DNA of 64,000 bases from Halarcobacter sp. (GTDB lineage Bacteria > Campylobacterota > Campylobacteria > Campylobacterales > Arcobacteraceae), in assembly GCA_048571215.1 (NCBI GenBank), contig CP182352.1:640001-704000 (forward strand), in the 5' to 3' direction. Below are positions 8,269-17,667 of the stretch, piece by piece (positions within the stretch are counted from its first letter, which is position 1; each line of letters starts with the position of its first letter). Position numbers and translations under genes: made by a program. The notes under the pieces were generated by a model. That model had not been told where the DNA came from. It worked only from the letters and a program-made list of their open reading frames with translations, and made no database searches.

Positions 8269-9725
8269 TGAAAAAAGTACAACACTATATTAACGGACAA
8301 TTTTTAGACTCAGCAAATGGTGAGTTTTTTGATAACTTTAACCCCGCTACAAATGAATTGATTTCAAAAGTAGCTTTAGCAAGAGAAGCAGAAGTAAACG
8401 CTGCTGTTGCAGCTGCAAAATCTGCACTTACAGGTGAATGGGGACAAATGAAGCTAAATGATAGAATAGCTTTAATGTACGAAATAGCAAATGAGATTGA
8501 TAGAAGATTTGATGATTTTCTAGAAGCTGAAGCTTTAGATACAGGTAAACCATACTCTATAGCTAGACATATTGATATTCCAAGAGGAGCTGCAAACTTC
8601 AAAGTATTTGCAGATACTATGAAATCTGTTGCAGATGAAGCATATAGAATGGATACGCCTGATGGAAAAATGGCTATGAACTATTCTATGAGAAAACCAA
8701 AGGGTGTTATTGGTGTAATTTCTCCTTGGAATCTACCACTACTTTTAATGACTTGGAAGGTTGGTCCTGCTATGGCTTGTGGTAATACAGTTGTTGTAAA
8801 ACCATCACAAGTTACACCTACAACTACATCTTTATTGGGTGAAGTTATGACTAAAGTTGGAGTACCAGCTGGAGCATACAATGTTGTTCAAGGAAAAGGT
8901 TCAGTAACAGGGAACTTATTAACTGCACATAAAGATATAGATGCAATCACTTTTACAGGTGAAACTGTAACTGGTGAGATGATTATGAAAGCTTGTTCTG
9001 TTGGTGTTAGAGATGTTTCACTAGAGCTTGGTGGAAAAAACCCAGCTGTAGTTTTTGCTGATTGTGATATGCAAAAAGCTATAGCAGAAACTACAAGATC
9101 ATGCTTTGCTAACTCAGGACAAGTTTGTTTAGGAACAGAGAGAGTTTATGTACAAAGAGAGATTTTTGATGAGTTTGTAGCAAAACTTAAAGAATCGGCT
9201 TCTAAAATGAAACTTGGTATTCAACATGACGAATCATCTGATATGGGACCACTTGTAAGTGCTTCACATAGAGATAAGGTATTAGATTATTATAAAAAAG
9301 CAGTTGATGAGGGTGCTAATGTTGTTTTAGGTGGAGGTGCTCCTAAGATGCCTGGAAATATGAAAGATGGATATTGGGTAGAACCTACTATTTGGACAGG
9401 ACTTCCAGAAACTGCAACTGTTGTTCAAGAAGAGGTTTTTGGACCTTGTTGCCATGTACAACCTTTTGATACAGAAGAGGAGGCAATTAAAATGGCAAAC
9501 AACTCACCTTATGGATTAGCAGCTACACTATTTACTGAAAATCTAGATAAAGCTCATAGAGTAGCTTCTCAGATTGATGCGGGAATTGTTTGGATTAATT
9601 CATGGTTTTTAAGAGATTTAAGAACTCCATTTGGTGGTATGAAAGGTTCAGGAATAGGTAGAGAGGGTGGTCATCACTCACTAGAATTCTATACAGAACT
9701 TAAAAATGTATGTATAAAAATGTAA
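8268..9725 (+). CDS. dmpC: 2-hydroxymuconic semialdehyde dehydrogenase
   Basis: DIPRGAANF, SPWNLPLLLMTWK, LELGGKNP, NSGQVCLGTER, EEVFGP, SWFLRDLRTPFGG. Confidence 0.93.
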   Translation: MKKVQHYINGQFLDSANGEFFDNFNPATNELISKVALAREAEVNAAVAAAKSALTGEWGQMKLNDRIALMYEIANEIDRRFDDFLEAEALDTGKPYSIARHIDIPRGAANFKVFADTMKSVADEAYRMDTPDGKMAMNYSMRKPKGVIGVISPWNLPLLLMTWKVGPAMACGNTVVVKPSQVTPTTTSLLGEVMTKVGVPAGAYNVVQGKGSVTGNLLTAHKDIDAITFTGETVTGEMIMKACSVGVRDVSLELGGKNPAVVFADCDMQKAIAETTRSCFANSGQVCLGTERVYVQREIFDEFVAKLKESASKMKLGIQHDESSDMGPLVSASHRDKVLDYYKKAVDEGANVVLGGGAPKMPGNMKDGYWVEPTIWTGLPETATVVQEEVFGPCCHVQPFDTEEEAIKMANNSPYGLAATLFTENLDKAHRVASQIDAGIVWINSWFLRDLRTPFGGMKGSGIGREGGHHSLEFYTELKNVCIKM

Positions 9726-9728
9726 GTA

Positions 9729-10529
9729 ATGGATAATAAAATGACAAATGAAAAAATTGAACAATATGGAAATGAATTATATGATTCTTTGAAGTCAACT
9801 AAATCTATTGCTCCATTGACAAGTAGAGAGGCAGATATAACAATTGAAGATGCTTATGCTATTCAAGATGTCTTAATCAAAAGAAGAATGAGTGAAGATG
9901 GTTCAAAAATCATTGGTAAAAAAATCGGCGTAACATCAAAAGTTGTGATGGATATGTTAGGGGTTGACCAACCAGATTTTGGATACTTATTATCAGATAT
10001 GATCTATTCTGATGGTGATGAGATTGATGTATCTACTAAAATGATTCAACCAAAAGCTGAAGGTGAAATAGCCTTTGTTTTAAAAGAAGACTTAATGGGA
10101 CCAGGGGTAACAAATGCAGATGTTCTAAGAGCAACTAAATTTGTTATGCCTTGTTTTGAGATAGTTGATTCAAGAATTACTGATTGGAAAATAAAAATCC
10201 AAGATACAGTTGCAGATAATGCTTCTTGTGGATATATAGTATTTGGTGGACAAAGTGCAGATCCAAGAGATTTGGATTTAACAACTTGTGGTATTACACT
10301 TGAAAGAAATGGTGAGTTATTACATACAGGTGCTGGAGCAGCAGCTCTTGGTAGTCCTGTAAATGCTGTAGTTTGGTTAGCTAATAAATTAGGTGAATTT
10401 GGAGTTGGTTTAAAAGCTGGAGAGGTTATTCTTTCAGGGGCTTTATGTGCTATGGTTCCAATTGAATCAGGGGATAATATGACTATAAATATTGGTGGAA
10501 TTGGTTCTGCCTCTTGTAGGTTTGTGTAA
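9729..10529 (+). CDS. dmpE: 2-oxopent-4-enoate hydratase
   Basis: GKKIGVTS, DQPDFG, PKAEGEIAF, EIVDSRI.DW.I..QDTVADNAS; start may be 9741. Confidence 0.9.
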   Translation: MDNKMTNEKIEQYGNELYDSLKSTKSIAPLTSREADITIEDAYAIQDVLIKRRMSEDGSKIIGKKIGVTSKVVMDMLGVDQPDFGYLLSDMIYSDGDEIDVSTKMIQPKAEGEIAFVLKEDLMGPGVTNADVLRATKFVMPCFEIVDSRITDWKIKIQDTVADNASCGYIVFGGQSADPRDLDLTTCGITLERNGELLHTGAGAAALGSPVNAVVWLANKLGEFGVGLKAGEVILSGALCAMVPIESGDNMTINIGGIGSASCRFV

Positions 10530-10632
10530 AGAGTTACTTATTACTTCTTTTAGAGTTTTTAAAAAGGGTGAAAACACAAGCTTTTTAGGTGAGATTTACT
10601 TTCACTGGTAAAAAGAAATTACAGAATAAAAG

Positions 10633-10665
10633 GTCCCTTTAAAATAGGGACTATTTTTAAGGATA
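10633..10665 (+). repeat. Intergenic hairpin + U-tract + RBS element (copy 1)
   Basis: gtccct-ttaaaat-agggac-tatttttaaggata; near-identical to 13427-13459. Confidence 0.55.
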
Positions 10666-10669
10666 TAGA

Positions 10670-11554
10670 ATGAAAATTAATTGTGCATTGATAGGTCCAG
10701 GAAATATTGGTTTAGACCTAATGTATAAACTTCAAAGAAGTGAAATACTTAATCCATTATGGATGGTGGGGATTAACGAAGGATCAAAAGGTTTAGCAAA
10801 AGCTAGAGATAATGGTCTTAAAACTACACATAATGGTGTAGATGGATTATTAGAACATATTGAAAAAGATGAAATAAAAATTGCATTTGATGCAACGTCA
10901 GCATATGTACATGGTGAAAATAATAGAAAATTAAAAGAAAAAGGTGTAATGGTTATTGACCTTACACCAGCAGCTATTGGACCATTTTGTGTACCTTCAG
11001 TAAATCTACAAGAGTTATTGGCACAAAATACACAAAATGTAAACATGGTAACTTGTGGTGGACAAGCAACTATTCCTATGGTTGCAGCTGTTTCACAAGT
11101 ACAAGCAGTTGAATATGGTGAAATAGTTGCTACTATTGCTTCAAAATCAGCAGGACCTGGTACTAGAGCAAATATTGATGAGTTTACAGAAACTACAGCT
11201 TTAGGGATTGAAAAAGTTGGTGGGGCAAAAAAAGGTAAAGCAATTATTATATTAAATCCAGCAGAGCCGCCACTTATGATGAGAGATACTGTTCATTGTT
11301 TAACTGTAGGTGAACCAGATCAAGAAGCTATTACTGAATCTGTTCATAAGATGATAGCAAAAGTTCAAAGATTTGTACCTGGATATAAACTAAAAAATGG
11401 ACCAGTATTTGATGGAAATAGAGTATCAATCTTTTTAGAGGTTGAAGGGCTAGGTGATTATTTACCAAAATATGCAGGAAATCTAGACATCATTACAGCA
11501 GCTGCAACAGATGTAGCAGAGCAAATGGCTGAAAAAATAAAAGCAGGGGTATAA
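10670..11554 (+). CDS. dmpF: Acetaldehyde dehydrogenase (acylating)
   Basis: [47 protein letters not shown]. Confidence 0.93.
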   Translation: MKINCALIGPGNIGLDLMYKLQRSEILNPLWMVGINEGSKGLAKARDNGLKTTHNGVDGLLEHIEKDEIKIAFDATSAYVHGENNRKLKEKGVMVIDLTPAAIGPFCVPSVNLQELLAQNTQNVNMVTCGGQATIPMVAAVSQVQAVEYGEIVATIASKSAGPGTRANIDEFTETTALGIEKVGGAKKGKAIIILNPAEPPLMMRDTVHCLTVGEPDQEAITESVHKMIAKVQRFVPGYKLKNGPVFDGNRVSIFLEVEGLGDYLPKYAGNLDIITAAATDVAEQMAEKIKAGV

Positions 11555-11555
11555 G

Positions 11556-12584
11556 ATGGATTTAAATGGTAAAAAAATAAAAATACATGATATGTCTTTA
11601 AGAGATGGAATGCACTCTATTAGACATCAGTTTACTCTTGATCAAATGAAAAATATGGCAACAGCTATGGATGATGCAGGAGTTCCATATATTGAAGTAA
11701 CTCATGGGGATGGACTAGGTGGTTCATCTGTAAATTATGGCTTTGGATTACATAGTGATGAAGAGTGGTTAGATGCAGTTGTTCCAAACTTAAAAAAATC
11801 AAAAGTATCTGTACTTTTATTACCAGGGATTGGAACAGTACAAAATCTAAAAAGTGCTGTAAAACATGGTGCTTCAATGGTTAGAGTTGCAACTCACTGT
11901 ACAGAAGCTGATGTATCAGCACAACACATAAAAGCTGCACGTGAAATGGGACTTGATACAGTTGGATTTTTAATGATGTCTCATATGATTGATGAGAAAA
12001 AATTATTAGAACAAGCGAAATTGATGGTTTCTTATGGAGCAACAACAGTTTATGCAACTGATTCAGCAGGATATCTTTTACCAGAAGGTGTTTACAAAAG
12101 AATTGATACTATTAAACAACATTTTGGTGATGATATTGAAGTTGGTTTTCATGGTCATAACAATATGTCTATGGGAGTTGCTAACTCAATTGCAGCTATT
12201 GAAGGTGGTGCAAATAGAATTGATGCATCACTAGCTGGATTTGGTGCTGGTTCTGGAAATACTGCAACTGAAGTATTGGTTGCTGTTTTAAGTAGAATGG
12301 GTGTTGAAACTGGAATTGATTTAAATAAAATTGAAGATGCAGCTGAAGATATTGCATTACCAATTATGGGTAAACCTACAAGAATCTCAAGGGATTCATT
12401 AACTTTAGGATATGCAGGTGTTTATTCATCATTTTTACTTTTTGCAAGACGGGCACAAGAAAAATATGGTATTGATGCTAGAGCAATTCTTATAGAGTTA
12501 GGAAAAAGGGGAACTGTTGGTGGTCAAGAGGATATGATTGAAGATTTAGCCTTAGATATGGCAAAAGAAAAAGGACTTATATAA
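11556..12584 (+). CDS. dmpG: 4-hydroxy-2-oxovalerate aldolase
   Basis: [53 protein letters not shown]. Confidence 0.93.
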   Translation: MDLNGKKIKIHDMSLRDGMHSIRHQFTLDQMKNMATAMDDAGVPYIEVTHGDGLGGSSVNYGFGLHSDEEWLDAVVPNLKKSKVSVLLLPGIGTVQNLKSAVKHGASMVRVATHCTEADVSAQHIKAAREMGLDTVGFLMMSHMIDEKKLLEQAKLMVSYGATTVYATDSAGYLLPEGVYKRIDTIKQHFGDDIEVGFHGHNNMSMGVANSIAAIEGGANRIDASLAGFGAGSGNTATEVLVAVLSRMGVETGIDLNKIEDAAEDIALPIMGKPTRISRDSLTLGYAGVYSSFLLFARRAQEKYGIDARAILIELGKRGTVGGQEDMIEDLALDMAKEKGLI

Positions 12585-13372
12585 TGGCACTAGATAAAGA
12601 AACAATAGAAAAACTTGCAAAACATTGTGAAGATGCAGAAATAAATGCTTATGAGATTACTAAGATAACAGATGATTATCCTGAAATGACTTATAAGGAT
12701 GCCTTTGATATTCAATGGACAGCAAGAAGAAATAAAGAGGCTCGTGGTACTAAGATTATTGGTATGAAGATGGGGCTAACTAGCCAAGCAAAAATGAAGC
12801 AAATGGGTGTTGAAAATCCTTGTTATGGATATTTGGCTGATTACTTTGCATATGCTGATGGAGCTGAGATTGAGATTGATAAACTGATACATCCAAAGGT
12901 AGAAGCTGAGATTGCTTTTGTTTTAAAAGAGGATTTAGCAGGACCTGGCTGTCATATTGGTGATGTAATAGCTGCTACTGATTTTGTTATGCCTGCTGTT
13001 GAGATTATTGATTCAAGATATAAAGATTTTAAATTTGATTTAAAATCAGTTATTGCAGATAACTCTTCATCTTCAAGATATGTAACAGGTGGGCAAGCAA
13101 GGGATATTAAAGGTTTAGACCTTAAAACTCTTGGTGTAGTTATGGAAATAAATGGTGAAATAGTTCAACTTGGAGCTGGTGCTGCTGTTCTTGGACATCC
13201 TGCAACTTCTATTGCAATGCTTGCAAATATGATGGCTGAAAGAGGTGAAACACTTAAAAAAGGTGAATATATTTTATCAGGTGCAATCACAGCTGCTATA
13301 TCAGTAAAAAAAGGTGATAATGTAAATGTTAAATTCCAAGATTTAGGTTCTGTGTCATTTAAGTTTGTATAG
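12584..13372 (+). CDS. dmpH: 4-oxalocrotonate decarboxylase
   Basis: KMGLTSQAKMKQMGV, HPKVEAEIAF, DSRYKDFKFDLKSVIADNSS. Confidence 0.92.
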   Translation: MALDKETIEKLAKHCEDAEINAYEITKITDDYPEMTYKDAFDIQWTARRNKEARGTKIIGMKMGLTSQAKMKQMGVENPCYGYLADYFAYADGAEIEIDKLIHPKVEAEIAFVLKEDLAGPGCHIGDVIAATDFVMPAVEIIDSRYKDFKFDLKSVIADNSSSSRYVTGGQARDIKGLDLKTLGVVMEINGEIVQLGAGAAVLGHPATSIAMLANMMAERGETLKKGEYILSGAITAAISVKKGDNVNVKFQDLGSVSFKFV

Positions 13373-13426
13373 GTTTTTTACTTTAAATGGTTCTATAAAT
13401 CATTTTAAAAGTAGAAAAAATTATCA

Positions 13427-13459
13427 CTCCCTAAAAAATAGGGAGAATTTTTAAGGATA
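13427..13459 (+). repeat. Intergenic hairpin + U-tract + RBS element (copy 2)
   Basis: ctccct-aaaaaat-agggag-aatttttaaggata. Confidence 0.55.
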
Positions 13460-13463
13460 CATT

Positions 13464-13655
13464 ATGCCAATAGCAACTATAAATATTATTGAGGGTCGCG
13501 ATGATGAAAAAAAAGAGAAGCTTATTGAAAAAGTAACTCTTGCTATTCATGAATCATTAGATGCTCCAATTGAGACGATTAGGGTGATTTTAAATGAGAT
13601 GCCAAAACAGCATTATGGTATAGCTGGAAAAAGTGTAAAAAAACTAGGAAAATAG
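13464..13655 (+). CDS. dmpI: 4-oxalocrotonate tautomerase
   Basis: Catalytic Pro1 after Met (MPIA), EGR, IRVIL.E...HYGIAG; 63 aa. Confidence 0.92.
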   Translation: MPIATINIIEGRDDEKKEKLIEKVTLAIHESLDAPIETIRVILNEMPKQHYGIAGKSVKKLGK

Positions 13656-13657
13656 TA

Positions 13658-14674
13658 GTGAAGTTAAAATTAAGTGTATTAGACCAATCCCCAATACATG
13701 ATAACAAAGAGGCTAAGAGTGGTCTTTTTGATACAATAGAATTAGCAAAACTTTGTGAGGATTTAGGATATAAAAGGTATTGGTGTGCAGAGCATCATGA
13801 TACACCAGGATATGCAAGTTCATCACCTGAGATAATGGTTGCAGCTGTAGCTTCTGCCACTTCAAAAATAAGAGTAGGAAGTGGTGGGGTGATGTTAAAC
13901 CATTATAGTGCTTATAAGGTAGCTGAAATATTTAATACCTTAACTGCTCTTCATGGTTCTAGAATAGATTTAGGAATAGGTAGAGCCAATGGAGCAAATT
14001 TTTTAAGTGCAAGGGCACTTCATAATAAAAATAGTGATTCTTATGCCCAAAAAGCAAACGATTTAATAAATTATTTAAACGATACTGTACCCAAAAACGA
14101 TTATTTTCATGGGGTTGGAATATCTCCTAAAGATGTTGAATCAACTCCTGTATACCTATTGGGTTCTAGCGATGGAAGCTCTGCTTTAGCTGCCCATCTT
14201 GGAGCTAGTTTTTGTTTAGCTTTATTTATTGGAACCCATGAGAGACCAATAGAAATAATTGAAAATTATAAAAAGCAATTTAAAGCTTCAAAAACTTTTA
14301 ATAAACCAAAACCTATGATAGCAGTTGCTTGTATATGTGCACCCACAAAAGAGGAGGCAATACAAATAGCATCAAGCCATACCTATTGGAAAGTTCAAGC
14401 TTTTAGACACACTACAAGAGATGGTTTACATAGTCCCCAAGAGGTAGAAGAACTATACGAAGAGTTATCTTATGATGATAAAATATATTATCACGAGACT
14501 ATGAAAACTATGGTTTTAGGTACACCAAAAGAGTGTAAAGAGAAAATAGAAAATTTAGCAAAAGAGTATGGAGTTGATGAGGTTATGCTTGTTAATGTAA
14601 CTTACTCTTTTGAAGATAGAAAAAGATCATATAAACTTTTAGCCAAAGAGTTTAATTTAAATAAAGGAGAATAG
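13658..14674 (+). CDS. Luciferase-like (LLM) flavin-dependent oxidoreductase, YhbW/MsnO8-like
   Basis: LSVLDQSP, GYKRYWCAEHH, SSSPE, IRVGSGGVML.HYS, RIDLGIGRA, LLGSS..S. Confidence 0.85.
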   Translation: MKLKLSVLDQSPIHDNKEAKSGLFDTIELAKLCEDLGYKRYWCAEHHDTPGYASSSPEIMVAAVASATSKIRVGSGGVMLNHYSAYKVAEIFNTLTALHGSRIDLGIGRANGANFLSARALHNKNSDSYAQKANDLINYLNDTVPKNDYFHGVGISPKDVESTPVYLLGSSDGSSALAAHLGASFCLALFIGTHERPIEIIENYKKQFKASKTFNKPKPMIAVACICAPTKEEAIQIASSHTYWKVQAFRHTTRDGLHSPQEVEELYEELSYDDKIYYHETMKTMVLGTPKECKEKIENLAKEYGVDEVMLVNVTYSFEDRKRSYKLLAKEFNLNKGE

Positions 14675-15499
14675 ATGTCACAAAATCCTGAAATTGCAAA
14701 TAGTATAAAAACAGGAAGTTTTAATACAAATTATCATGATATTGGAGAGGGTGAACCAATCATTTTTATTCATGGTTCAGGACCTGGGGTTTCAGCATTT
14801 GCAAATTGGCGGTTGTGTATGCCTGTACTTGCTGAAAAATTTAGAGTAATTGCGCCTGATATGGCAGGTTTTGGTTTTTCTGATAGACCTGAAGGAATGA
14901 TTTATAACATGGATGTTTGGCTTAAACAAACAATCGATTTAATGGATGCTTTAGGTATTGAAAAAACAAATCTAGTGGGAAATTCATTTGGTGGAGCTTT
15001 AGCATTAGCTTTAACTATTAAATATCCTCAACGATTTGATAAAATTGTACTTATGGGTGCAATGGGAGTTGAGTTTGAGATTACAGCTGGACTTGATCAA
15101 GCTTGGGGATATACACCAAGCTTAGAAAATATGAAATCATTGCTTGATACCTTTGCTTATAGTAGAGTATTGGTAACTGACGAGTTAGCAAAATTAAGAT
15201 ATGATGCAAGTATTAGACCTGGATTTCAAGAATCGTTTGGTTCAATGTTCCCTGAACCTAGACAATCCTCAGTTACTGCAATGGCTAGTGATGAAGAGAA
15301 TATAAAAAAAATAAAAAACAATGTTCTAATTATTCATGGTAGAGAAGATAAAGTTATCCCTTTTGAAAACTCAATAAGATTACATAATTTGATAACAAAA
15401 TCACAATTACATGGTTTTGGAGAATGTGGACATTGGAGTCAAATAGAACATAAAGATAGATTTAATGAGCTTTTATTAGATTTTTTTAGTGAAGAGTAA
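14675..15499 (+). CDS. dmpD: 2-hydroxymuconic semialdehyde hydrolase
   Basis: HGSGPGVSAFANWR, APDMAGFG, GNSFGG nucleophile, HGREDKVIP, CGHWSQIE. Confidence 0.92.
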   Translation: MSQNPEIANSIKTGSFNTNYHDIGEGEPIIFIHGSGPGVSAFANWRLCMPVLAEKFRVIAPDMAGFGFSDRPEGMIYNMDVWLKQTIDLMDALGIEKTNLVGNSFGGALALALTIKYPQRFDKIVLMGAMGVEFEITAGLDQAWGYTPSLENMKSLLDTFAYSRVLVTDELAKLRYDASIRPGFQESFGSMFPEPRQSSVTAMASDEENIKKIKNNVLIIHGREDKVIPFENSIRLHNLITKSQLHGFGECGHWSQIEHKDRFNELLLDFFSEE

Positions 15500-15541
15500 T
15501 ATTGTATAATTAATTTTATTTAATTATACAAAGGATTGATA

Positions 15542-16498
15542 ATGAATTTTATAATTTTGGGTGCTGGTGGTATAGGTTCTTTTTATGGTGCAAAACTAAT
15601 TGAACACGGACATCATGTCTTATTCGTAGCAAGAGGTGAACACTTAAAAGCCTTACAGCAAAATGGTTTGAAGTTGCAGCACCCAAAATTTAAGTTTAAT
15701 AAAAAAGTTGATGTCACCCAACTTTCTTTTTTAAACTCTGAAATGCTTCTAAAAGTTAATGCTGTAATTATTACTACTAAATCAACTTCAACTGAATATA
15801 TTGCAAAGGAGTTGTCTTCATATTTAGCTTCAAAACAAGAGAGTTTTCCTTTCATTATCTCTTTACAAAATGGGGTCGAAAATGAAGATATCCTTTGCAA
15901 GTATTTCCCAAAAGATAAAGTAATAGGTGGTTTGTGTAGAAAAATTGGGGCACATATAGTAAAGCCTGGAGTTATTGAAGCTACAGGGGATATTGAAACT
16001 ATAATAGGTGCTATGAAACTTACAAATAAAAGTAAAGCATTTTTATTGGATTTTAAAAATATTTTAACAGATGCAAATATATTTTGTGGTATTACTGATA
16101 ATATAAAATTTGAGTTATGGAAGAAATTAATTATTAACAATGGAGTAAATGCTATTTGTGCATTGTTAAGAATTAAAACCGGGAAATTGATGTCCCATAA
16201 TAAGTTATCTAAAATAGTATTGGAACTTATGAAAGAAACAGCTACAGCTGCAAGGGTTCAAGGGGTAAAATTCACAAATGAAGATGTTATTCAAATGTAT
16301 GAACTTATTAAAAACTTTGATTCTATAAAACCTTCAATGTTAGTTGATGTAGAAAACAATAGACCTATTGAATTAGATGAGATATGCACTATAGTTATAA
16401 AAAACTGTGAATCACTTAAGCTAGACGCTCCTTATACTAGAACTATATCAACTTTATTATCTTATACTTATATAGAAAAAAGAGGCTTTAAAAATTAA
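15542..16498 (+). CDS. Ketopantoate reductase (PanE/ApbA) family protein
   Basis: GAGGIG, LQNGV.NE, LWKKL..N...N, KPSML.D..N.RPIEL; ATG at 15542 follows AAGGA RBS. Confidence 0.82.
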   Translation: MNFIILGAGGIGSFYGAKLIEHGHHVLFVARGEHLKALQQNGLKLQHPKFKFNKKVDVTQLSFLNSEMLLKVNAVIITTKSTSTEYIAKELSSYLASKQESFPFIISLQNGVENEDILCKYFPKDKVIGGLCRKIGAHIVKPGVIEATGDIETIIGAMKLTNKSKAFLLDFKNILTDANIFCGITDNIKFELWKKLIINNGVNAICALLRIKTGKLMSHNKLSKIVLELMKETATAARVQGVKFTNEDVIQMYELIKNFDSIKPSMLVDVENNRPIELDEICTIVIKNCESLKLDAPYTRTISTLLSYTYIEKRGFKN

Positions 16499-17376
16499 TG
16501 TTATATCAAATCATAAATATACTCTTTCCTGTATTATTAGCAAGTTCAATAGGGTATGTTTATGGAAAATTTCAAAAATTAGATATGGAGATACCAAATA
16601 AAATAAATCTTGATATTTTTATCCCTATTTTGATTTTTTATGCAATTAGTGAAAAACTTCCCTCTATCACAGTTCTTGGATATTTCTCTTTAGGTGCAGT
16701 ACTTGTGGTTTTTGGTTCTGGTATTATTTTGTACCCATTTTTAAAATTTTTAGATATTAACATAAGAGCTTTTTTACCCACAATGATGTTTAATAACTCT
16801 ATAAATTTAGGTTTACCTTTGGCTTTATTTGCCTTTGGTCAAGAGGCTATGGCTATGTTTATAGCCTTATCTTTAGTGCAAGTAATTGGGCAGTTTACGG
16901 TTGCAGTTGTTATGTATGGAGGGAGTTTTAAACTATTTGATTTATTAAAAAATCCTGTAATCATAGCTACGATTATAGCACTTATTTTTAACTATTTTGA
17001 TTTTCATTTACCACAATTAATAATCTCTTCTGTAGATATGTTATCTAAAGTTGCCATACCTTTAATACTTTTTTCCCTTGGGGTTAAATTATCTACTGTT
17101 AAGTTTGCACATTATAAAGTTGGCATTATTGGTGCAATTTTATGTCCATTATCTGGGCTTGCTATGGCATATTTAGCTATAGAGATTTTTGAATATACAG
17201 CTTTACAAAAAGATTTAATAATCCTTTTTGGGGTATTACCACCTGCTGTTTTAAATGCAATCTTAGCGGAAAAATATAATCAAGACTCTTCAATGGTAGC
17301 TTCTGTTGTAGCTATGGGAACACTTTCTAGTATTATTTATATCCCTATCGTTTTATATTTTTTATTACAAAACTAG
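16498..17376 (+). CDS. AEC (auxin efflux carrier/malate permease) family transporter
   Basis: Highly hydrophobic; F.P.LIF, N...LGLPL, KNPVI.A, AIPL.LFSLG, PPAV. Confidence 0.82.
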   Translation: MLYQIINILFPVLLASSIGYVYGKFQKLDMEIPNKINLDIFIPILIFYAISEKLPSITVLGYFSLGAVLVVFGSGIILYPFLKFLDINIRAFLPTMMFNNSINLGLPLALFAFGQEAMAMFIALSLVQVIGQFTVAVVMYGGSFKLFDLLKNPVIIATIIALIFNYFDFHLPQLIISSVDMLSKVAIPLILFSLGVKLSTVKFAHYKVGIIGAILCPLSGLAMAYLAIEIFEYTALQKDLIILFGVLPPAVLNAILAEKYNQDSSMVASVVAMGTLSSIIYIPIVLYFLLQN

Positions 17377-17408
17377 TAATAATATTTTTATTTACACTTT
17401 TAATCTAT

Positions 17409-17440
17409 GCGATAAATTTACGAATTATTTTTTGTATTAT
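17409..17440 (+). promoter_or_regulatory. GCGA-type direct-repeat box plus -10, upstream of a small ORF
   Basis: GCGA taaattt ACGA attattttttg TATTAT (one mismatch in second core). Confidence 0.6.
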
Positions 17441-17472
17441 GCTTATAATAAATAACAAATATAGGCATAGTT

Positions 17473-17559
17473 ATGAAAGATTACTTAGGGTTACATTTCT
17501 TAGTTATTAATTTAAGTTTAGTATTCTTTATATTATGTCATTTGTATTTGAAATTTTAA
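17473..17559 (+). CDS. Putative 28-aa single-pass membrane peptide
   Basis: MKDYLGLHFLVINLSLVFFILCHLYLKF*; weak AGG RBS; preceded by a boxed promoter. Confidence 0.4.
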   Translation: MKDYLGLHFLVINLSLVFFILCHLYLKF

Positions 17560-17627
17560 AAATAGTTAGTTTAGAAATAATAAACCATGTTCTATAAAAA
17601 AGCATAATTTAGAGAAGATAGTTTTAA

Positions 17628-17659
17628 GTGCCCTTTTATGGAGGAGTATAAAAGAGCAC
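17628..17659 (-). terminator. Hairpin downstream of the porin gene
   Basis: gtgcccttttat-ggaggagt-ataaaagagcac (G-U pair on the minus-strand RNA). Confidence 0.6.
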
Positions 17660-17667
17660 GAGTTATA

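Noticed and set aside
9729..13372. dmpE and dmpH as a recent duplication
   Set aside because: They are the normal ancient paralogs (hydratase and decarboxylase) of meta pathways, each with its own signature motifs
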